From contig OZ241831.1 of NCBI GenBank assembly GCA_965202585.1, positions 40,114,001-40,178,000 on the forward strand: a stretch of 64,000 nucleotides of DNA, read 5' to 3'. Both the position numbers and the translations under genes were made by a program. This DNA comes from Thalia democratica (taxonomy: Eukaryota). The notes under the pieces are model-generated. The model was not told where the DNA came from. It made no database searches and saw nothing but the letters and a program-made list of their open reading frames with translations. Every line of letters starts with the position of its first letter. Positions within the stretch are counted from its first letter, which is position 1. This document shows positions 13,028 to 23,900 of the stretch, piece after piece.

Positions 13028-13224
13028 TATTTTCTTGCTTTTTTAGTTTGCGTTTTTGTATAAGAAACCTATAGTAGTTTCCGATTTTGACTGGCTATTA
13101 AAAAGTTATTTTTAATTTTTGAAATCTGTAAAAAGCAACTTTTAGCTCTGATAAAATTTAATAAAATACGATCAAATTTAAAAAAAAAATGTTTTACTCC
13201 TCTATGCCCTAAATAAAAGCAACA

Positions 13225-13626
13225 GGTTACATGACAATTCAAATTCGGACAACTCAAGCTCCGACAATTCAAATTCTTGAAAAATTTTCTAAAACCCTAT
13301 ATCTCAAAAAGTAATATAAATTTGAAAAAAAAAAGCATATTTAGATCTTATTAAAACCTACAAGTCACTTTTTATTTTTTGCAAAATCTTAAATATTTTA
13401 TAAGATATCTTAAAATTACTAAAATAACTACATTTTTTACTTTATTTAAGCCATATCTCAAAAAATATTTAATGCTTTGCAAAAAGAAAAAAATTGCTTG
13501 TAGATATTAATAGGACCTATATATGAATTATTTATGTTTGACAAATATGCATTACTTTTTTAGTTGTGGCCCTTTCAATTTTTTAATAAGAATTTGAACT
13601 GTCGGAATTTGAATAGTCGTGCACCC
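13225..13626. mobile_element. Non-autonomous Mutator/Foldback-type element, 402 bp, 9-bp TSD
   Basis: Identical AAAGCAACA at 13216-13224 and 13627-13635. TIRs begin GG and contain 15-bp subrepeats (GACAATTCAAATTCN; three copies left, two right). 9-bp TSDs are typical of the Mutator superfamily. Confidence 0.8.
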
Positions 13627-15492
13627 AAAGCAACAAAAGGTTATAAACGATTTGTCTTGCAATATGTATTTGTAATTTATAAACATTTTTAAAATACAAA
13701 AAAATAGTGTTTTACGATTTTTAAGTCAAGTTAAATTCCTATTAAGTTTATTCTTAAAATACAAGTAAATAAAAGTTAATAAAAACTACTTTCACCCTTC
13801 TATAGATCTCATCCACAGTTTTTAGTGAACTTTAAGTAAAAAAAATTAAATTTGCGTCAATAAGAGACTTTTCAAGTTTCGCGCATTATTAAGATTTAAC
13901 TTATCAAATATTTTGTTCATTGCATAACTTGATCTTGCTAAATAAAGTATAAAAAGCTGAAAGACAATAAATAAAAAAAGGAACGTTTTTTTTTTGATGT
14001 AAATAAATAATACAGAGCAAAACAAGTCGTTTTGAATGTTTAGAACTGTTTCTGTGATTCATAAAAGAGAAAACATATTTTTATTTTAAAAAAGAAATAA
14101 TCAACTTGACTTTAAACTTATATCTGCGTATTTTTCAGTTTTTACATTAAATTACATTAAAATACTAAATTTTGATTGCAATAAAAACCGCTTAAGATGT
14201 TTTTTGCGTAAACTACAGTAATTCTAAGCGAGATTGATGAATGGAAAAAGATAAAAAAGATCAAGCATATTTAAAAAATCTGGCAAAATTATAAAACAGC
14301 GTTTAAGTTTTACAAATTTCTGATTTTTAACTTATAACAAATTTTAAAGTAAATATTTCATTTTTCAGTGGCATGATAGTTTTTCTTTTTTGTGACAAAA
14401 TATATTTGTGTAAGTATACAAAATACTACACCAATGTAATTTTTAATTTCAATGTAAATAAAAAAAACAAGTATAAAAGTTAGTTTGTTTTATGATATAG
14501 TATAAATCTAAAATTATATTAAAATAACAAAATGATTCTAATCGCTAAACAGCCATGAAAAGAAAAAAATATTAGTTTTGTTTTGTAAAAGAAAATTATC
14601 ACAATATGTTATGATCTTTTATAGTTTACTTTAAACAATTGGAAATTAGTACCATAAAACTAAAGTTAAACATTTGCTAACACTTTTATCTACATTTTTT
14701 TTATAATAAGCTTTGTTTTAATTGGTATTTGTAGTTAAGCTTTTATCTGGATAACTGTAAACAGCTAGCACAAAATAAAAAGTAACTAATAATCTTAAAT
14801 AAACAAAAGAGACACTTTAAAACTCTTCTGAAAGTCAAGTTCAAAAAAACTGTTTTGTGTTTGTTTTAGCTTCGGTTAAAGTATTACATATATATCAATG
14901 TGCCAGAATGGTAGTTTTTCTATGCCAACTAAACGATAAATATCTAATAAACGGTTGTTTTATCTTAAGTTTTCACACTCGAATATTTTTCATCATGAAA
15001 TGCTTTCCAATTAATGGACTTAACTTAATTTCTAAAGTATAGTAATATATTACAAAATTGTTTCCTACACATTTGTGAACATGTTTTCCTTGAGAAAGAC
15101 TTAAAATTTCTAACATTATTAAGTAATCAGTCCCTAACCAACCTTACCCATATAACTAGTACTCTACAATAGCATCTAAAAATTTACTGATTTTGTGTAA
15201 ACTTAATCAATTTTTCATTAGCCTCACGCAAATTCAAAGAGTTGATTACTAAATGAAAATAAGTGAAATTATACATAAGGGATTATGTGTCAAAAACTTT
15301 CAATCTTAGCTAACTTTTATCTTAAAATCGTAATTTGATAGAGATATATAAGTGCAACATCATTAGTTATTTATTCTTTACTTTTTTCAATTTGTATTAC
15401 AATGCTACAAACATTAACGCGTTTCATTCTGTTAGTATTCAAGTAAAAATATTGGCAGTATTACTGTGAAATGTTCTATTGATTATGTAAAC

Positions 15493-15518
<26 letters not shown>
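15493..15518. repeat. (AT)13 microsatellite
   Basis: Direct read. Lies ~60 bp left of the Penelope-like cluster. Confidence 0.95.
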
Positions 15519-15524
<6 letters not shown>

Positions 15525-15579
15525 AGGTTAATGTTTAAACTTAAACACTTTCAACTGAGCCCACTTGAAGGGCTTTTAA

Positions 15580-15937
15580 ATAATTTATTGAAATGGCGAT
15601 TTTAAAAATTCTGGAACATATGTTTCATAAAGCTTTAATTTTTCATAAAGCTTTAATCATCAGCCAGTTAAATTCAAAATAAAAAGCACTGTACTAAACA
15701 AAGATACAAAAGTTATGCAAAAAAACAAAAAACAGTATGACGTAATATTGTACATTACAAATATTCAGTACAAAAATCGATCTACCTTCTAACTAATCAA
15801 ACAACTAAAATTAACGAAAACAACAGTTAATTGACTATAAAATGCTTCAAAATTTGTTGTGTTTTAAGAGAAGCTTTTTTATATGTCGACAAGACGATAT
15901 AAATTCGCTCCTCTTATTTAAACAACCTTCCTTTTTT
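15580..15937 (-). mobile_element. Inverted copy of the Penelope-like element 3' end (copy 1)
   Basis: Reverse complement of 16446-16952, except that 16693-16842 (150 bp) is absent and I saw one substitution (AGTTATG versus AATTATG). Confidence 0.9.
15611..15667 (-). ncRNA. Hammerhead-ribozyme-like motif (type I), copy 1
   Basis: Exact reverse complement of 16866-16922. Confidence 0.65.
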
Positions 15938-15939
15938 TA

Positions 15940-16952
15940 TTTTCATTTTCAACATTTTCACATTTTCAACCATTACAACAAAAATAACCCATTATCAAAG
16001 ATATTTAACAAACATAATATGCGAATCAGTTATTCATGTATGGCGAATTTGGAGAGATTAATTAAGTCACATAATCAAAGGATTTTAAAAAAAAGTAATT
16101 CAATCAAAAATCAGTGTAATTGCGCCGGTGGCTGTAAATACAATTTGAAGGGGGGCAATTGCCGGTCAGAGAACATTATTTACAAGGCAACAGTTAACTC
16201 TGACCTTACATCGGCTTATGCTCCACTCAATTCAGATTTCGGTATGCCAACCATAAAAAATCTTTTAAAGGTGGTGTATACGAAAATGAAACTGAGCTTT
16301 CGAAGTATGTTTGCGGCCTTAAGCGGAAAAACATTGATTTTAAATTAACTTGGGAGGTGATAAAAAGAGCACAGCCAATAGCAGATGGTAACAACCCTGT
16401 TTGTAGGCTGTGCTTAAAAGAATCAACAGCCGTTATGTATGCGTTAAAAAAGGAAGGTTGTTTAAATAAGAGGAGCGAATTTATATCGTCTTGTCGACAT
16501 ATAAAAAAGCTTCTCTTAAAACACAACAAATTTTGAAGCATTTTATAGTCAATTAACTGTTGTTTTCGTTAATTTTAGTTGTTTGATTAGTTAGAAGGTA
16601 GATCGATTTTTGTACTGAATATTTGTAATGTACAATATTACGTCATACTGTTTTTTGTTTTTTTGCATAATTTTTGTATCTTTGTTTAGTACACGCCCCT
16701 GATTTGCTAAAATTAAATATGTTGAATTTTGTTTATAACTTTTATCAATTCTTTTAGTTCGGTCCTCAAAATTGTAACTTAAATCCGATTCAATGAAAAA
16801 TTTCAATGGACTTTTGTAAACTTTTGCATCTTTGTTTACCAAAGTGCTTTTTATTTTGAATTTAACTGGCTGATGATTAAAGCTTTATGAAAAATTAAAG
16901 CTTTATGAAACATATGTTCCAGAATTTTTAAAATCGCCATTTCAATAAATTA
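15940..16952 (+). mobile_element. 5'-truncated Penelope-like retroelement fragment (copy 2): RT-EN linker, frameshifted GIY-YIG endonuclease, 3' region
   Basis: SKIFNKHNMRISYSCMANL, Cys cluster CNCAGGCKYNLKGGNC, IIYKATV, then a frameshift near 16200-16206 into YIGLCSTQFRFRYANHKKSF...ETELSKYV...CRLCLKE...LNKRSEFISSCRH, stop at 16534-16536. This matches the GIY-YIG C-terminus of Penelope-like elements. No RT core is present. Confidence 0.85.
16866..16922 (+). ncRNA. Hammerhead-ribozyme-like motif (type I, minimal palindromic stem III), copy 2
   Basis: CUGG-CUGAUGA-[U UAAAGCUUUA UGAAAAAU UAAAGCUUUA U]-GAAA-C-AUAU-G-U-U-CCAG. Stem I CUGG/CCAG, 10-bp stem II, stem III AC/GU, GUU triplet. Lies ~330 nt downstream of the endonuclease stop. 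Confidence 0.7.
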
Positions 16953-16965
16953 TATATATATGTAT

Positions 16966-17225
16966 ACAATTTATTGAAATGACGATTTTAAAAATGCTGG
17001 GACATATGTTTCATGAAGACAAAAAAGATTGTCTCTAATCTTCAGCCAGTTCAAATTTAAAATAAAAAGCACTTTGGTAAACAAAGATGCAAAAGTTTAC
17101 AAAAGTCCATTGAAATTTTTCATTGAATCGGATTTAAGTTACAATTTTGAGGACCGAACTAAAAGAATTGATAAAAGTTATAAACAAAATTCAACATATT
17201 TAATTTTAGCAAATCAGGGGCGTGT
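16966..17225 (-). mobile_element. Third, inverted copy of the element 3' end (copy 3), tail-to-tail with copy 2
   Basis: ~17059-17225 is an exact reverse complement of ~16691-16857. 16966-17058 is a diverged version of 16858-16952. The two copies are separated by a TA-rich spacer. Confidence 0.85.
16997..17049 (-). ncRNA. Hammerhead-ribozyme-like motif, copy 3 (canonical GUC triplet, different stem II)
   Basis: Minus strand reads CUGG-CUGAAGA-[UUAG AGACAA UCUUUU UUGUCU UCAU]-GAAA-C-AUAU-G-U-C-CCAG. Confidence 0.75.
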
Positions 17226-20200
17226 TCAAACTAGTTTTTCGGAGCCTGAGCGACCCCTGAAGAATAAAAATAAAGTGTTAATTATTTAACGAAAACGGTT
17301 TTCAAAATAAACTTTTACTTATTTTAGTAGGTTTGCTTGTGCTTTTTTTCCAAAGTTTTCAATGTTGAAAAATTAAAATGCTTTAGTGACCAAAAGCATT
17401 AACAGTGTGCAAATATTTATTATAATCATAAAAAGATTTAGATTTTAAGATGTGTGCTAATTAAAAGAAGCTGATATTAATTTTAAACTTGAATTTCTTT
17501 ATGGTGTCATTGAAATATTATAATTTTAGACAGTGCATTTGTAAAAGGACACTTCATTTAATGGTTTAGATTAGACTTTAATTTAGAATTTTATTTGAAG
17601 TAATTATTGCGATTAAGTTTTACTTACATAGTCCTTATAATTTTATTACAATCACTTTTACTACAAAAAATCTGAAACAAGGATTTATTTTTAATACAGA
17701 ATAATTGTAAATTGGGTTATATTAAAAAGACTCCATCACATCTTTCAGCATGATACTTTCTTTTTAACATTTTTCATTTTTGTTTTTACCGTGTTGTATT
17801 ATGTGGTTTACAAAAACTTACCATGTCATTCCGCATCTCGACCACGACATCCATAAAGTGAAAATTCTAGTTTTTTTTTTATAGTTGGCACTTAACTTAA
17901 GTTGTTTCGTGTTATTTGATCATTTAAAAATAATTTGTTCTTATCAATACTAAAACTATTAAATTTTTATAGTAAAATTTTAATTTTCATAATTATACCA
18001 AAATAATTAAAATAAGAAATCTTGATTTATTGTCGATTTATTATTAATAAATTAAGGTTGTTTAAGTTCTTATAAACTTATAATCTGTTTTTGTTTCTAC
18101 TCAAGTTTAGCTAATAGTTAGTATAACTTATAACACTATTTAAACTAAATTAGTTAATTAGTTATAAATTTAGTTAATTTATACTAATGAGCTTATTTAA
18201 AGAAAAAAATTAATTACAAAGGATAGAAAAGAATAATTATAGATAATTAACAAAAAAACGTAATTCATAGCTTACTACTAACTTTACAAATATTCACTTA
18301 CAATACAAAAAATGATTCTTAAACATTTTAGTAAATACTTCCATCCTTTAAACAAATTTTTATTAATAGTAACTATAAAAAGTATTCCTTTTTTAGGCAA
18401 AAAAAATTCTACCTAATTTTAAAATGTTTAAAAACCCCTTCGGTTAGCAAAACTGCATTATTAAAAAAGTTAATTGCACAATAAAAGTTTTAAAGTATCT
18501 TACTTTAACACGTAATCTTATTTAACAGAATTTCAAATAATGTTAATTATAAAGTTAACGTTTTATTTCTAATAATTAACAAAATTAGAAATTCTGTTTT
18601 AAAAGATAACGTGTTTAAGTAAGATACTTTAAAACTTTGATTGACCTTTTTGCAACTATTTTGTCAAGCAAGACTATACTCAAACAACCTATAAACGTTA
18701 ACATACGATTCAAAACTGCAATAGAACTAATAATTTTTTTAATCGATTCTGCTTTTAAAAGTAGTAATTTTAAATTGAACTGTATACAAATGACAAAAAC
18801 GTTATCTAATAAAATTAAATTATGTTTACCATACGTAATTTAGATTTGAGATTCAAAAGTTTTTTGATTCATCTTTATCAAAAAACTCAAAATGTTGTTC
18901 TCTTCACAGTCTTTGAAAAAAGTATATCAGCGTTTGATTTTTAAAAGGAGACTTAATGTTGTTAAAAAATGAGATTTTTTTGAAACAAGCAGTATATAGT
19001 TTAACCAAAAAGTTGGTTGTTTAGTTTTAAGCGAAAATAACTTACAACAAACAAAATATATAAAACTATTCGTGATTTTATTTGAGCTGCCTGTGTATAA
19101 ATTTATTAGTAAAAAATTATTGTATTGTTTTATAAAACTAAAACTTTATCAGTAAAAAAATTTGAAATAGATTTAGTTTAAAACAGCGAAAAACATTTAA
19201 GCTGTTTTAATGTATATCTGATTAGTTTAAGTGTAAGAAAAATACTTAATTAGCCTGAAATTCTTAGTTTAAGCTATCAAAAAGTCCATAAAGAAATCAT
19301 TGAAACTGTGTATCTATTTTAATTAGCTTAATTTAATATATTTATTTTCTAAAAGGTGTGGTTAACCTAAGTTTTGAAGCAATGATTGTCTAAAACCTAA
19401 ACTTAAACTGTTTAATATAACAATATTTCAATTGATGTATCTATGTCTACTAAACGGTAAGGTTTTTTTAAAATTAGATTATATTTTGTCTTATCAAAAA
19501 ACAGGTTCGTAACTTATAACTACTTATTATACTTGTTCTTTGAAATATTTTATGACTTAACAGAATTAGGCGAGTATTATTCTTTTTCTTAAATCTTAAA
19601 CAGTAAACGAGAAATTGAAAAAAAAAGATTTGATTTAATTTTAATACGAAAATTTTTAATAAGTTTTATTTGAACAGTTTTACGCTTTAAAAATTTATTA
19701 TTGATATTTAAAAAAAAGAAAGAAAAGCATCTTTCTTAAAACACTAGGCTTACTAAACACTTTATACTTTATCGGCAATTTTAATTAAAGTTATAAAACG
19801 GCTACAAAACTTCAAATTTGTATTGATTAAATAACAATTTTCAAAACTATTTTCATAGATTACTCTACATTTGAGGTTTTAGAAGCTTAATTATTTTAAA
19901 ATCTGGCAGTTCGTTTACACTTGTAGTTGTAAGCCTTTATTTTTAGGTTTTGAATAAACTATAGCTTAAAAATATTATCTAATTAAGTTAATATATAATA
20001 CGTAAAATAGTTTAATTTAGTTAAAATTGTAAGTTAAATTTTAAAATGTATACATTAAAAAAGTTTTGTGAAAATTTTACTTAAAATAATTAAAGTCTTT
20101 TTTTTTCATGTTTTATAAATGAGCTAGTTGTTTATTGCAAATAAAAGTTTATTGAAACTTCAACCGCTAGACTATGATAAACGAATTTTTTTTTTCATAG

Positions 20201-20986
20201 AATGCTAATGGCATGATGTTAAGCTGAGTATGGCATGGTTGAGTAATTGTTAAACAGTAATTCAGTAAAACCATTTTCACTTCCATTCATTTGGCATGAG
20301 TTAGACTAGTTAATTTTTAACTTTGTTTGTTTTGATTAAAGTTTTGATGTGTATTGAAAATAATAATAACATATTATTTTGTAAATAAGTTTTTGATATG
20401 TGTTGTTTAATAAATAAATTTTTTATAGCTTTATTTTGTCACTGATTGTGTTGCTTACTTGGAAATTTAAAGCAGTAAATTTTTTAGGTAGTTTTATTTT
20501 TGAATTTGTAGTATCAATAAATGTTTTAAGACCTGATAATTTTTATTATTTTTTTAATGTTTGTTTAATAAAAAAACTGAGACTAAAAAAAACAACTAAA
20601 AGTAAATTAAAAAAAAACAACTTTAAGAAACTTTTTTAAATTAAAAACTTTTATATTTATGTATTAATAAAAAATTTTAACATAAGTAAACGTATGGATT
20701 ATTTGTAAAAACAAATTTTTAATTAGTTGTAGACAGTTTTTTTTAAAGTACAAAATGTTGTAAAATGTTTGTAGTCATTTTTTTCATTATTAAATTCAAT
20801 AAAACTCCTTTTATATGTTAGCTAATCTATTTGATATACCTAAATGTTTTAAATGTATTTTTTTATACAACAAAGACTGTCAGCAATTAATGTGATTTTT
20901 TCTTATTATAAAAAGTTTTTGTAGTTGTAATAATAAGCAAACTTTTATAGCTTATATAAATATTTATAAATAAGTTATTATCAACG

Positions 20987-23900
20987 ATGAATGTTGTATA
21001 CAAAAGTCTTTCAAAGTTGAAAAACATTTACAATCAAATAAATCCAGCAACACTTACTGGTTAGTTATTGTACAGCAGTTGTTGAATATGATAATAATTT
21101 TTAAATATCAGACCACCATTAACTTTTATTCTACAATTTTATTTTACTATAAATATAAGTTTTGTCTTGTATTTTGTTAGTCTTATAAAAACATGCAAGC
21201 TTATAGTATTTTGTCAAACTGTTGTTTCTAATTGAAACAATCAGCTATACTAATTACTATACACATGATGTATCTTTACAAATAAGTTTTCAATAATTTT
21301 CCCCACACAGGTGCAATAGACATCATAGTAGTTGAGCAGCCCGATGGCAGCCTGGTGGCCTCACCGTTTCATGTCAGGTTTGGAAAAGTTGGAGTTCTTG
21401 CACCCCGTGCCAGAGTTGTTAGTTTTGAAAGCTTTGTTATTGAATGTTAATGGTTATTTAACTTATTTTGGTTATGATTAGTTTAATTTACTTTTAAACA
21501 GACACTTTAAAGGTCATAAAGGGAAAGGTCTATTTTTTGTAAAAACTAATATTTGCCATTGTTAAAATCCAAGTATAAGCTATAAAATACTATTGTAGAA
21601 CATTAAATATGCAATTAAACTTTGAGCCAATTGAGGAAAAATGTCTTATAAAAAATTTGTTTCTTTATTCAAAAGGAAGTTATAAAAATCCATTTAATGC
21701 TTTGACTTGTTATATTTTGAATCCTATTTCTATTTTTTTAAACTCAACAAGCAATTAAAAATCAATAAATAAAACCAAGCTGTAAACAACTTTTCCTTGT
21801 GGTTTTAATGACCCATAAATTGAAACCAAAATCTTTAGTACAAACTCAAACTCATCAGGTGAACATTTCAATCAACGGGTCGCCAGTTGAGGATCTGAAG
21901 ATGAAGTTGGGGGAGCAGGGGGAGGCGTTCTTCGTGATGGAGGGGGACAACGGCGTGGATCAGATCCCTCCGCAGCTGGTCACTTCTCCCATACCATCGA
22001 GACCCCCCACTCCCAGCAAGAAACACAAGAGGTGATGAGAGTTTGTATATTTTTAATCTTTTTTGGTTTTAGGAGGATTAGAGAATTTCATCTCTGAGCT
22101 TTCCAATAAGCTTATGGCAACTCAAGAAAGTTTAAAAACTATTTTCATAAATAGAGTTGTTTGCAAAGAGCCTATAGGTTCTTTAAATTTTTATGATAAT
22201 ACTAAAATAAATCAAAGTGTTTTTTTTTCATTAGACATCATCCTTGTTTACTGACAGTTATAAAATTATATAAGTTTCTTTAAATATCAGTTTCAGTTTA
22301 GTACAATACTTGGGTTTTATATATCATGTAAATAAATAATTCTTTAGTTTTTGGAATATTTTAATTAACCATTAATTTATGTTGCATTCTCCTATAAATA
22401 TATAACTTTTTGTATTTTAAAATTTGAACTTAACTAAAATGTTCATTAACCAATAACTAGTGATTTTTTTACTATTAAAAATGTTCTACTAAAAATGATC
22501 TATTATGGTTGATATATTTTCTATTTGAAAATTTTTTTACATTCAAATGTTAAAACTTTAAGTTCCACATGGTTTTATCAAGTTAATTTTTCTTAGTATT
22601 TAAATTCTTTGTTTTTGAATATATATGCATTGCTTAAAATCAACATTTTTGTGAAGTAATCAAAAATAACTTTCATCAAAAATAAACTTTAGAAGCCAAG
22701 AAATTTAACTTAGTTTGCAGTTTCAAAAAAGTTAGTTTAAGTTTAAGCTAAATTATGGAAAAACAATTTTTTGAGAATTTTTCAGCCAAAAACTATATAT
22801 TAAAATAAGGTATGAGCTAATTTAAATTATATTTTGTGTCATAAAACAAATTTTGTGTTATTTTTTTTTCCAATGTCGAAATTTAGATGTTTGCTTTAAA
22901 ACCACATTTTCAAACTTGTTTGTTAAAACATTTATCACGCAACAGTATACTACATGTTTGCTCAAGAATTAACAAAAATATTTGCTTAAAATAATATGAC
23001 TTTTTTATGTTCTTTATGGTTACAGTATTTAACAGAAACACATCTTTTCAAAACCACTCATATTTTCACCATAACCACGCGTTTATGATAAGCTCGAAGT
23101 TACTAAAGTTCATTAGTGTTTGAAGTGCTCTGATTGGCTTAACATTTGGTGGGGTGACTTTGATACGCTGCACTATGATGAATTTTTCTCCTTTCATTCA
23201 TACGCGCTAGTTGTAAGCTTATCATATAGGAAGTGAATAAGAATTTTTCATGCGCTTGTTAGCACGTGACATGGTTATATCAATAGTAACCTAAATACAA
23301 TTTTACTTTTAAGCTTTTAAAAATTAAAGTTTTATTTTTTACAGAACAACATTTTAACCAATAATTTTATGTGTCAATGATAATTTAAACTAACAAAGTT
23401 GTCAAAGTAAATTTTTGGAAAAATAATAATATAAGCATAATAAAACCCAAGCAATAAAGAAATAAACAAAAATAAGTAATAAATGCAATTAAAAATAGAG
23501 CAATAAAATTTTAACATGTGTCTCTTTTTTCTATACAAAAATTCCTATCCAAACAAACACACAAACACAAGTAAATATCAGTTAACGGGCGAGTACTGTA
23601 CAAACAACAACGCATTTATTACACTCTGCAGTTCAAACAAAAATTCCAATGAACTTGAACTTCAAACTGTGTGCAAACAAACGTTTCTATTGGTTATCGG
23701 AAAAGTTTTAACGAGGTATATAAAAGCTTATCATGTGCGGTGGGCAACCTTGAGCGAGTGCGAGCTACAATTTTCTCTTAACACTATCGTAATTGCGCTT
23801 TCGGTTGTAATTTTCAGGAATAATTTGCTTTGCATTTAGCATACAAACATTGGATAATTTAAAAATGTCAATTCTAACATGTAGATGTATATTTAGAAAT

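Noticed and set aside
15842-15937. Identical N-termini MLQNLL... in ORFs 15842+ and 16541-
   Set aside because: Antisense readings of the endonuclease 3' end, created by the inverted repeat; not a gene pair.
16693-16842. 150-bp segment missing from copy 1, as a spliced intron
   Set aside because: No GT-AG placement on either strand reproduces the copy 1 junction.
16591-17289. Two ORFs sharing an identical 50-aa peptide
   Set aside because: Product of the exact inverted duplication in the element's 3' region; no protein motif recognised.
17257-17335. CTGAAGA...CGAAAAC as a fourth hammerhead
   Set aside because: No stem I partner for the upstream ACCC, and 13 unpaired nt before stem II.
23175-23181. 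ATGATGA as a snoRNA box C
   Set aside because: No CTGA box D or terminal stem at a suitable distance.
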